From Auanema rhodensis (lineage: Eukaryota > Animalia > Nematoda), in NCBI GenBank assembly GCA_964057225.1, contig OZ059894.1, forward strand, positions 1,674,001 through 1,738,000: a stretch of 64,000 bases of DNA, given 5' to 3'. Below the pieces are notes generated by a model. That model was not told the DNA's origin, searched no databases, and worked only from the letters and a program-made list of their open reading frames with translations. The position numbers and the translations under genes are program-made. This document shows positions 40,501-53,600 of the stretch, piece by piece. Positions within the stretch are counted from its first letter, which is position 1. Each line of letters opens with the position of its first letter.

Positions 40501-41769
40501 ATACAAAAATTAGTTATGATCGTTTGAAAAATGATGCATTAGTGTATGTTGAGTTTCCATGTACACTCAACATAGCTTCCAAAAACATTTTGACAAAAAT
40601 TTTTTCGAGAAATTTCAAAATAATTTAGCAAAAAGTAGATGTTTTTAGATTCCTTTTTTCAAGGCAAAGACGATGGACAATGTTATTCAACGAAAAAATT
40701 AATTCTTCAGGGTGAAAATCGAGGATATAAGTGTGAACTTATATCAGTTGATATCTCGGTGCATTTTTAAGCTAGCGCAAATCTGATAACACAGATCGAC
40801 GCAGCTTAAAAATCCGCATCGAATGCAGTATACTACATTGAGGAACGCTTAATACAAAAATTAGTTATGATTGTTTGAAAAATGATGCATTAGTGTATGT
40901 TGAGTTTCCATGTACACTCAACATTGCTTCCAAAAACATTTTGACAAAAATTTTTTCGAAAAATTTCAAAATAATTTAGCAGAAAGTAGATGTTTTTAGA
41001 TTCCTTTTTTCAAGGCAAAGACGATGGACAATGTTATTCAACGAAAAAATTAATTCTTCAGGGTGAAAATCGAGGATATAAGTGTTAACTTATATCAGTT
41101 GATATCTCGGTGCATTTTTAAGCTAGCGCAAATCTGATAACACAGATCGACGCAGCTTGAAAATCCGCATCGAATGCACTATACTACATTGAGGAACGCT
41201 TAATACAAAAATTAGTTATGATCGTTTGAAAAATGATGCATTAGTGTATGTTGAGTTTCCATGTACACTCAACATAGCTTCCAAAAACATTTTGACAAAA
41301 ATTTTTTCGAAAAATTTCAGAATAATTTAGCAAAAAGTAGATGTTTTTAGATTCCTTTTTTCAAGGCAAAGACGATGGACAATGTTATTCAACGAAAAAA
41401 TTAATTCTTCAGGGTGAAAATCGAGGATATAAGTGTGAACTTATATCAGTTGATATCTCGGTGCATTTTTAAGCTAGCGCTAATCTGATAACACAGATCG
41501 ACGCAGCTTGAAAATCCGCATCTAATGCACTATACTACTTTGAGAAACGCTTAATACAAAAATTAGTTATGATCGTTTGAAAAATGATGCATTAGTGTAT
41601 GTTGAGTTTCCATGTACACTCAACATAGCTTCCAAAAACATTTTGACAAAAATTTTTTCGAAAAATTTCAAAATAATTTAGCAAAAAGTAGATGTTTTTA
41701 GATTCCTTTTTTCAAGGCAAACACGATGGACAATGTTATTCAACGAAAAAATTAATTCTTCAGGGTGAA
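37558..41769. repeat. Higher-order repeat: 6-monomer block (2106 bp) duplicated, M108-113 and M114-119
   Basis: The rare variants CTTACAAA+TTCGAGAA, GCAGTATA+ATGATTGT and GCGCTAAT+CATCTAAT recur in order at 2106-bp spacing. Confidence 0.9.
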
Positions 41770-44700
41770 AATCGAGGATATAAGTGTGAACTTATATCAG
41801 TTGATATCTCGGTGCATTTTTAAGCTAGCGCAAATCTGATAACACAGATCGACGCAGCTTAAAAATCCGCATCGAATGCACTATACTTCATTGAGGAACG
41901 CTTAATACAAAAATTAGTTATGATCGTTTGAAAAATGATGCATTAGTGTATGTTGAGTTTCCATGTACACTCAACATTGCTTCCAAAAACATTTTGACAA
42001 AAATTTTTTCGAAAAATTTCAAAATAATTTAGCAAAAAGTAGATGTTTTTAGATTCCTTTTTTCAAGGCAAACACGATGGACAATGTTATTCAACGAAAA
42101 AATTAATTCTTCAGGGTGAAAATCGAGGATATAAGTGTGAACTTATATCAGTTGATATCTCGGTGCATTTTTAAGCTAGCGCAAATCTGATAACACAGAT
42201 CGACGCAGCTTAAAAATCCGCATCGAATGCACTATACTTCATTGAGGAACGCTTAATACAAAAATTAGTTATGATCGTTTGAAAAATGATGCATTAGTGT
42301 ATGTTGAGTTTCCATGTACACTCAACATAGCTTCCAAAAACATTTTGACAAAAATTTTTTCGAAAAATTTCAAAATAATTTAGCAAAAAGTAGATGTTTT
42401 TAGATTCCTTTTTTCAAGGCAAAGACGATGGACAATGTTATTCAACGAAAAAATTAATTCTTCAGGGTGAAAATCGAGGATATAAGTGTGAACTTATATC
42501 AGTTGATATCTCGGTGCATTTTTAAGCTAGCGCAAATCTGATAACACAGATCGACGCAGCTTAAAAATCCGCATCGAATGCACTATACTACATTGAGGAA
42601 CGCTTAATACAAAAATTAGTTATGATCGTTTGAAAAATGATGCATTAGTGTATGTTGAGTTTCCATGTACACTCAACATTGCTTCCAAAAACATTTTGAC
42701 AAAAATTTTTTCGAAAAATTTCAAAATAATTTAGCAGAAAGTAGATGTTTTTAGATTCCTTTTTTCAAGGCAAAGACGATGGACAATGTTATTCAACGAA
42801 AAAATTAATTCTTCAGGGAGAAAATCGAGGATATAAGTGTTAACTTATATCAGTTGATATCTCGGTGCATTTTTAAGCTAGCGCAAATCTGATAACACAG
42901 ATCGACGCAGCTTGAAAATCCGCATCGAATGCACTATACTACATTGAGGAACGCTTAATACAAAAATTAGTTATGATCGTTTGAAAAATGATGCATTAGT
43001 GTATGTTGAGTTTCCATGTACACTCAACATAGCTTCCAAAAACATTTTGACAAAAATTTTTTCGAAAAATTTCAGAATAATTTAGCAAAAAGTAGATGTT
43101 TTTAGATTCCTTTTTTCAAGGCAAAGACGATGGACAATGTTATTCAACGAAAAAATTAATTCTTCAGGGTGAAAATCGAGGATATAAGTGTGAACTTATA
43201 TCAGTTGATATCTCGGTGCATTTTTAAGCTAGCGCAAATCTGATAACACAGATCGACGCAGCTTGAAATTCCGCATCGAATGCACTATACTACATTGAGG
43301 AACGCTTAATACAAAAATTAGTTATGATCGTTTGAAAAATGATGCATTAGTGTATGTTGAGTTTCCATGTACACTCAACATAGCTTCCAAAAACATTTTG
43401 ACAAAAATTTTTTCGAAAAATTTCAGAATAATTTAGCAAAAAGTAGATGTTTTTAGATTCCTTTTTTCAAGGCAAAGACGATGGACAATGTTATTCAACG
43501 AAAAAATTAATTCTTCAGGGTGAAAATCGAGGATATAAGTGTGAACTTATATCAGTTGATATCTCGGTGCATTTTTAAGCTAGCGCTAATCTGATAACAC
43601 AGATCGACGCAGCTTGAAAATCCGCATCTAATGCACTATACTACTTTGAAAAACGCTTAATACAAAAATTAGTTATGATCGTTTGAAAAATGATGCATTA
43701 GTGTATGTTGAGTTTCCATGTACACTCAACATTGCTTCCAAAAACATTTTGACAAAAATTTTTTCGAAAAATTTCAAAATAATTTAGCAAAAAGTAGATG
43801 TTTTTAGATTCCTTTTTTCAAGGCAAACACGATGGACAATGTTATTCAACGAAAAAATTAATTCTTCAGGGTGAAAATCGAGGATATAAGTGTGAACTTA
43901 TATCAGTTGATATCTCGGTGCATTTTTAAGCTAGCGCAAATCTGATAACACAGATCGACGCAGCTTAAAAATCCGCATCGAATGCACTATACTTCATTGA
44001 GGAACGCTTAATACAAAAATTAGTTATGATCGTTTGAAAAATGATGCATTAGTGTATGTTGAGTTTCCATGTACACTCAACATAGCTTCCAAAAACATTT
44101 TGACAAAAATTTTTTCGAAAAATTTCAAAATAATTTAGCAAAAAGTAGATGTTTTTAGATTCCTTTTTTCAAGGCAAAGACGATGGACAATGTTATTCAA
44201 CGAAAAAATTAATTCTTCAGGGAGAAAATCGAGGATATAAGTGTTAACTTATATCAGTTGATATCTCGGTGCATTTTTAAGCTAGCGCAAATCTGATAAC
44301 ACAGATCGACGCAGCTTGAAAATCCGCATCGAATGCACTATACTACATTGAGGAACGCTTAATACAAAAATTAGTTATGATCGTTTGAAAAATGATGCAT
44401 TAGTGTATGTTGAGTTTCCATGTACACTCAACATAGCTTCCAAAAACATTTTGACAAAAATTTTTTCGAAAAATTTCAGAATAATTTAGCAAAAAGTAGA
44501 TGTTTTTAGATTCCTTTTTTCAAGGCAAAGACGATGGACAATGTTATTCAACGAAAAAATTAATTCTTCAGGGTGAAAATCGAGGATATAAGTGTGAACT
44601 TATATCAGTTGATATCTCGGTGCATTTTTAAGCTAGCGCAAATCTGATAACACAGATCGACGCAGCTTGAAATTCCGCATCGAATGCACTATACTACATT

Positions 44701-47700
44701 GAGGAACGCTTAATACAAAAATTAGTTATGATCGTTTGAAAAATGATGCATTAGTGTATGTTGAGTTTCCATGTACACTCAACATAGCTTCCAAAAACAT
44801 TTTGACAAAAATTTTTTCGAAAAATTTCAGAATAATTTAGCAAAAAGTAGATGTTTTTAGATTCCTTTTTTCAAGGCAAAGACGATGGACAATGTTATTC
44901 AACGAAAAAATTAATTCTTCAGGGTGAAAATCGAGGATATAAGTGTGAACTTATATCAGTTGATATCTCGGTGCATTTTTAAGCTAGCGCTAATCTGATA
45001 ACACAGATCGACGCAGCTTGAAAATCCGCATCTAATGCACTATACTACTTTGAGAAACGCTTAATACAAAAATTAGTTATGATCGTTTGAAAAATGATGC
45101 ATTAGTGTATGTTGAGTTTCCATGTACACTCAACATTGCTTCCAAAAACATTTTGACAAAAATTTTTTCGAAAAATTTCAAAATAATTTAGCAAAAAGTA
45201 GATGTTTTTAGATTCCTTTTTTCAAGGCAAACACGATGGACAATGTTATTCAACGAAAAAATTAATTCTTCAGGGTGAAAATCGAGGATATAAGTGTGAA
45301 CTTATATCAGTTGATATCTCGGTGCATTTTTAAGCTAGCGCAAATCTGATAACACAGATCGACGCAGCTTAAAAATCCGCATCGAATGCACTATACTTCA
45401 TTGAGGAACGCTTAATACAAAAATTAGTTATGATCGTTTGAAAAATGATGCATTAGTGTATGTTGAGTTTCCATGTACACTCAACATAGCTTCCAAAAAC
45501 ATTTTGACAAAAATTTTTTCGAAAAATTTCAAAATAATTTAGCAAAAAGTAGATGTTTTTAGATTCCTTTTTTCAAGGCAAAGACGATGGACAATGTTAT
45601 TCAACGAAAAAATTAATTCTTCAGGGTGAAAATCGAGGATATAAGTGTGAACTTATATCAGTTGATATCTCGGTGCATTTTTAAGCTAGCGCAAATCTGA
45701 TAACACAGATCGACGCAGCTTAAAAATCCGCATCGAATGCACTATACTACATTGAGGAACGCTTAATACAAAAATTAGTTATGATCGTTTGAAAAATGAT
45801 GCATTAGTGTATGTTGAGTTTCCATGTACACTCAACATTGCTTCCAAAAACATTTTGACAAAAATTTTTTCGAAAAATTTCAAAATAATTTAGCAGAAAG
45901 TAGATGTTTTTAGATTCCTTTTTTCAAGGCAAAGACGATGGACAATGTTATTCAACGAAAAAATTAATTCTTCAGGGAGAAAATCGAGGATATAAGTGTT
46001 AACTTATATCAGTTGATATCTCGGTGCATTTTTAAGCTAGCGCAAATCTGATAACACAGATCGACGCAGCTTGAAAATCCGCATCGAATGCACTATACTA
46101 CATTGAGGAACGCTTAATACAAAAATTAGTTATGATCGTTTGAAAAATGATGCATTAGTGTATGTTGAGTTTCCATGTACACTCAACATAGCTTCCAAAA
46201 ACATTTTGACAAAAATTTTTTCGAAAAATTTCAGAATAATTTAGCAAAAAGTAGATGTTTTTAGATTCCTTTTTTCAAGGCAAAGACGATGGACAATGTT
46301 ATTCAACGAAAAAATTAATTCTTCAGGGTGAAAATCGAGGATATAAGTGTGAACTTATATCAGTTGATATCTCGGTGCATTTTTAAGCTAGCGCAAATCT
46401 GATAACACAGATCGACGCAGCTTGAAATTCCGCATCGAATGCACTATACTACATTGAGGAACGCTTAATACAAAAATTAGTTATGATCGTTTGAAAAATG
46501 ATGCATTAGTGTATGTTGAGTTTCCATGTACACTCAACATAGCTTCCAAAAACATTTTGACAAAACTTTTTTCGAAAAATTTCAGAATAATTTAGCAAAA
46601 AGTAGATGTTTTTAGATTCCTTTTTTCAAGGCAAAGACGATGGACAATGTTATTCAACGAAAAAATTAATTCTTCAGGGTGAAAATCGAGGATATAAGTG
46701 TGAACTTATATCAGTTGATATCTCGGTGCATTTTTAAGCTAGCGCAAATCTGATAACACAGATCGACGCAGCTTGAAATTCCGCATCGAATGCACTATAC
46801 TACTTTGAGAAACGCTCAATACAAAAATTAGTTATGATCGTTTGAAAAATGATGCATTAGTGTATGTTGAGTTTCCATGTACACTCAACATAGCTTCCAA
46901 AAACATTTTGACAAAAATTTTTTCGAAAAATTTCAAAATAATTTAGCAAAAAGTAGATGTTTTTAGATTCCTTTTTTCAAGGCAAAGACGATGGACAATG
47001 TTATTCAACGAAAAAATTAATTCTTCAGGGTGAAAATCGAGGATATAAGTGTGAACTTATATCAGTTGATATCTCGGTGCATTTTTAAGCTAGCGCAAAT
47101 CTGATAACACAGATCGACGCAGCTTGAAAATCCGCATCGAATGCACTATACTACTTTGAGAAACGCTTAATACAAAAATTAGTTATGATCGTTTGAAAAA
47201 TGATGCATTAGTGTATGTTGAGTTTCCATGTACACTCAACATAGCTTCCAAAAACATTTTGACAAAAATTTTTTCGAAAAATTTCAAAATAGTTTAGCAA
47301 AAAGTAGATGTTTTTAGATTCCTTTTTTCAAGGCAAAGACGATGGACAATGTTATTCAACGAAAAAATTAATTCTTCAGGGTGAAAATCGAGGATATAAG
47401 TGTGAACTTATATCAGTTGATATCTCGGTGCATTTTTAAGCTAGCGCAAATCTGATAACACAGATCGACGCAGCTTGAAATTCCGCATCGAATGCACTAT
47501 ACTACTTTGAGAAACGCTCAATACAAAAATTAGTTATGATCGTTTGAAAAATGATGCATTAGTGTATGTTGAGTTTCCATGTACACTCAACATAGCTTCC
47601 AAAAACATTTTGACAAAAATTTTTTCGAAAAATTTCAAAATAATTTAGCAAAAAGTAGATGTTTTTAGATTCCTTTTTTCAAGGCAAAGACGATGGACAA

Positions 47701-50559
47701 TGTTATTCAACGAAAAAATTAATTCTTCAGGGTGAAAATCGAGGATATAAGTGTGAACTTATATCAGTTGATATCTCGGTGCATTTTTAAGCTAGCGCAA
47801 ATCTGATAACACAGATCGACGCAGCTTGAAAATCCGCATCGAATGCACTATACTACTTTGAGAAACGCTTAATACAAAAATTAGTTATGATCGTTTGAAA
47901 AATGATGCATTAGTGTATGTTGAGTTTCCATGTACACTCAACATAGCTTCCAAAAACATTTTGACAAAAATTTTTTCGAAAAATTTCAAAATAGTTTAGC
48001 AAAAAGTAGATGTTTTTAGATTCCTTTTTTCAAGGCAAAGACGATGGACAATGTTATTCAACGAAAAAATTAATTCTTCAGGGTGAAAATCGAGGATATA
48101 AGTGTGAACTTATATCAGTTGATATCTCGGTGCATTTTTAAGCTAGCGCAAATCTGATAACACAGATCGACGCAGCTTAAAAATCCGCATCGAATGCACT
48201 ATACTACATTGAGGAACGCTTAATACAAAAATTAGTTATGATCGTTTGAAAAATGATGCATTAGTGTATGTTGAGTTTCCATGTACACTCAACATTGCTT
48301 CCAAAAACATTTTGACAAAAATTTTTTCGAAAAATTTCAAAATAATTTAGCAGAAAGTAGATGTTTTTAGATTCCTTTTTTCAAGGCAAAGACGATGGAC
48401 AATGTTATTCAACGAAAAAATTAATTCTTCAGGGTGAAAATCGAGGATATAAGTGTTAACTTATATCAGTTGATATCTCGGTGCATTTTTAAGCTAGCGC
48501 AAATCTGATAACACAGATCGACGCAGCTTGAAAATCCGCATCGAATGCACTATACTACATTGAGGAACGCTTAATACAAAAATTAGTTATGATCGTTTGA
48601 AAAATGATGCATTAGTGTATGTTGAGTTTCCATGTACACTCAACATAGCTTCCAAAAACATTTTGACAAAAATTTTTTCGAAAAATTTCAGAATAATTTA
48701 GCGAAAAGTAGATGTTTTTAGATTCCTTTTTTCAAGGCAAAGACGATGGACAATGTTATTCAACGAAAAAATTAATTCTTCAGGGTGAAAATCGAGGATA
48801 TAAGTGTGAACTTATATCAGTTGATATCTCGGTGCATTTTTAAGCTAGCGCAAATCTGATAACACAGATCGACGCAGCTTGAAAATCCGCATCGAATGCA
48901 TTATACTACTTTGAGAAACGCTTAATACAAAAATTAGTTATGATCGTTTGAAAAATGATGCATTAGTGTATGTTGAGTTTCCATGTACACTCAACATAGC
49001 TTCCAAAAACATTTTGACAAAAATTTTTTCGAAAAATTTCAAAATAATTTAGCAAAAAGTAGATGTTTTTAGATTCCTTTTTTCAAGGCAAAGACGATGG
49101 ACAATGTTATTCAACGAAAAAATTAATTCTTCAGGGTGAAAATCGAGGATATAAGTGTGAACTTATATCAGTTGATATCTCGGTGCATTTTTAAGCTAGC
49201 GCAAATCTGATAACACAGATCGACGCAGCTTGAAAATCCGCATCGAATGCACTATACTACTTTGAGAAACGCTTAATACAAAAATTAGTTATGATCGTTT
49301 GAAAAATGATGCATTAGTGTATGTTGAGTTTCCATGTACACTCAACATAGCTTCCAAAAACATTTTGACAAAAATTTTTTCGAAAAATTTCAAAATAGTT
49401 TAGCAAAAAGTAGATGTTTTTAGATTCCTTTTTTCAAGGCAAAGACGATGGACAATGTTATTCAACGAAAAAATTAATTCTTCAGGGTGAAAATCGAGGA
49501 TATAAGTGTGAACTTATATCAGTTGATATCTCGGTGCATTTTTAAGCTAGCGCAAATCTGATAACACAGATCGACGCAGCTTAAAAATCCGCATCGAATG
49601 CACTATACTACATTGAGGAACGCTTAATACAAAAATTAGTTATGATCGTTTGAAAAATGATGCATTAGTGTATGTTGAGTTTCCATGTACACTCAACATT
49701 GCTTCCAAAAACATTTTGACAAAAATTTTTTCGAAAAATTTCAAAATAATTTAGCAGAAAGTAGATGTTTTTAGATTCCTTTTTTCAAGGCAAAGACGAT
49801 GGACAATGTTATTCAACGAAAAAATTAATTCTTCAGGGTGAAAATCGAGGATATAAGTGTTAACTTATATCAGTTGATATCTCGGTGCATTTTTAAGCTA
49901 GCGCAAATCTGATAACACAGATCGACGCAGCTTGAAAATCCGCATCGAATGCACTATACTACATTGAGGAACGCTTAATACAAAAATTAGTTATGATCGT
50001 TTGAAAAATGATGCATTAGTGTATGTTGAGTTTCCATGTACACTCAACATAGCTTCCAAAAACATTTTGACAAAAATTTTTTCGAAAAATTTCAGAATAA
50101 TTTAGCAAAAAGTAGATGTTTTTAGATTCCTTTTTTCAAGGCAAAGACGATGGACAATGTTATTCAACGAAAAAATTAATTCTTCAGGGTGAAAATCGAG
50201 GATATAAGTGTGAACTTATATCAGTTGATATCTCGGTGCATTTTTAAGCTAGCGCAAATCTGATAACACAGATCGACGCAGCTTAAAAATCCGCATCGAA
50301 TGCACTACACTACATTGAGGAACGCTTGATACAAAAATTAGTTATGATCGTTTGAAAAATGATGCATTAGTGTATGTTGAGTTTCCATGTACACTCAACA
50401 TTGCTTCCAAAAACATTTTGACAAAAATTTTTTCGAAAAATTTCAAAATAATTTAGCAAAAAGTAGATGTTTTTAGATTCCTTTTTTCAAGGCAAAGACG
50501 ATGGACAATGTTATTCAACGAAAAAATTAATTCTTCAGGGTGAAAATCGAGGATATAAG

Positions 50560-50667
50560 TGTTAACTTATATCAGTTGATATCTCGGTGCATTTTTAAGC
50601 TAGCGCAAATCTGTGTTAACTTATATCAGTTGATATCTCGGTGCATTTTTAAGCTAGCGCAAATCTG
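50560..50667. repeat. 54-bp tandem duplication of monomer positions 16-69 inside M145, giving a 405-bp monomer
   Basis: ...GCGCAAATCTG|TGTTAACTTATATCAG...GCGCAAATCTG|ATAACACAGAT. The array register shifts by exactly +54 downstream (51301 instead of 51247). Confidence 0.98.
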
Positions 50668-53600
50668 ATAACACAGATCGACGCAGCTTGAAAATCCGCA
50701 TCGAATGCACTATACTACATTGAGGAACGCTTAATACAAAAATTAGTTATGATCGTTTGAAAAATGATGCATTAGTGTATGTTGAGTTTCCATGTACACT
50801 CAACATAGCTTCCAAAAACATTTTGACAAAAATTTTTTCGAAAAATTTCAGAATAATTTAGCAAAAAGTAGATGTTTTTAGATTCCTTTTTTCAAGGCAA
50901 AGACGATGGACAATGTTATTCAACGAAAAAATTAATTCTTCAGGGTGAAAATCGAGGATATAAGTGTGAACTTATATCAGTTGATATCTCGGTGCATTTT
51001 TAAGCTAGCGCAAATCTGATAACACAGATCGACGCAGCTTGAAATTCCGCATCGAATGCACTATACTACTTTGAGAAACGCTTAATACAAAAATTAGTTA
51101 TGATCGTTTGAAAAATGATGCATTAGTGTATGTTGAGTTTCCATGTACACTCAACATAGCTTCCAAAAACATTTTGACAAAAATTTTTTCGAAAAATTTC
51201 AAAATAATTTAGCAAAAAGTAGATGTTTTTAGATTCCTTTTTTCAAGGCAAAGACGATGGACAATGTTATTCAACGAAAAAATTAATTCTTCAGGGTGAA
51301 AATCGAGGATATAAGTGTGAACTTATATCAGTTGATATCTCGGTGCATTTTTAAGCTAGCGCAAATCTGATAACACAGATCGACGCAGCTTGAAAATCCG
51401 CATCGAATGCACTATACTACTTTGAGAAACGCTTAATACAAATATTAGTTATGATCGTTTGAAAAATGATGCATTAGTGTATGTTGAGTTTCCATGTACA
51501 CTCAACATAGCTTCCAAAAACATTTTGACAAAAATTTTTTCGAAAAATTTCAAAATAGTTTAGCAAAAAGTAGATGTTTTTAGATTCCTTTTTTCAAGGC
51601 AAAGACGATGGACAATGTTATTCAACGAAAAAATTAATTCTTCAGGGTGAAAATCGAGGATATAAGTGTGAACTTATATCAGTTGATATCTCGGTGCATT
51701 TTTAAGCTAGCGCAAATCTGATAACACAGATCGACGCAGCTTGAAATTCCGCATCGAATGCACTATACTACTTTGAGAAACGCTTAATACAAAAATTAGT
51801 TATGATCGTTTGAAAAATGATGCATTAGTGTATGTTGAGTTTCCATGTACACTCAACATAGCTTCCAAAAACATTTTGACAAAAATTTTTTCGAAAAATT
51901 TCAAAATAATTTAGCAAAAAGTAGATGTTTTTAGATTCCTTTTTTCAAGGCAAAGACGATGGACAATGTTATTCAACGAAAAAATTAATTCTTCAGGGTG
52001 AAAATCGAGGATATAAGTGTGAACTTATATCAGTTGATATCTCGGTGCATTTTTAAGCTAGCGCAAATCTGATAACACAGATCGACGCAGCTTGAAAATC
52101 CGCATCGAATGCACTATACTACTTTGAGAAACGCTTAATACAAATATTAGTTATGATCGTTTGAAAAATGATGCATTAGTGTATGTTGAGTTTCCATGTA
52201 CACTCAACATAGCTTCCAAAAACATTTTGACAAAAATTTTTTCGAAAAATTTCAAAATAGTTTAGCAAAAAGTAGATGTTTTTAGATTCCTTTTTTCAAG
52301 GCAAAGACGATGGACAATGTTATTCAACGAAAAAATTAATTCTTCAGGGTGAAAATCGAGGATATAAGTGTGAACTTATATCAGTTGATATCTCGGTGCA
52401 TTTTTAAGCTAGCGCAAATCTGATAACACAGATCGACGCAGCTTAAAAATCCGCATCGAATGCACTTTACTACATTGAGGAACGCTTAATACAAAAATTA
52501 GTTATGATCGTTTGAAAAATGATGCATTAGTGTATGTTGAGTTTCCATGTACACTCAACATTGCTTCCAAAAACATTTTGACAAAAATTTTTTCGAAAAA
52601 TTTCAAAATAATTTAGCAGAAAGTAGATGTTTTTAGATTCCTTTTTTCAAGGCAAAGACGATGGACAATGTTATTCAACGAAAAAATTAATTCTTCAGGG
52701 TGAAAATCGAGGATATAAGTGTTAACTTATATCAGTTGATATCTCGGTGCATTTTTAAGCTAGCGCAAATCTGATAACACAGATCGACGCAGCTTGAAAA
52801 TCCGCATCGAATGCACTATACTACATTGAGGAACGCTTAATACAAAAATTAGTTATGATCGTTTGAAAAATGATGCATTAGTGTATGTTGAGTTTCCATG
52901 TACACTCAACATAGCTTCCAAAAACATTTTGACAAAAATTTTTTCGAAAAATTTCAGAATAATTTAGCAAAAAGTAGATGTTTTTAGATTCCTTTTTTCA
53001 AGGCAAAGACGATGGACAATGTTATTCAACGAAAAAATTAATTCTTCAGGGTGAAAATCGAGGATATAAGTGTGAACTTATATCAGTTGATATCTCGGTG
53101 CATTTTTAAGCTAGCGCAAATCTGATAACACAGATCGACGCAGCTTAAAAATCCGCATCGAATGCACTACACTACATTGAGGAACGCTTGATACAAAAAT
53201 TAGTTATGATCGTTTGAAAAATGATGCATTAGTGTATGTTGAGTTTCCATGTACACTCAACATTGCTTCCAAAAACATTTTGACAAAAATTTTTTCGAAA
53301 AATTTCAAAATAATTTAGCAGAAAGTAGATGTTTTTAGATTCCTTTTTTCAAGGCAAAGACGATGGACAATGTTATTCAACGAAAAAATTAATTCTTCAG
53401 GGTGAAAATCGAGGATATAAGTGTTAACTTATATCAGTTGATATCTCGGTGCATTTTTAAGCTAGCGCAAATCTGATAACACAGATCGACGCAGCTTGAA
53501 AATCCGCATCGAATGCACTATACTACATTGAGGAACGCTTAATACAAAAATTAGTTATGATCGTTTGAAAAATGATGCATTAGTGTATGTTGAGTTTCCA

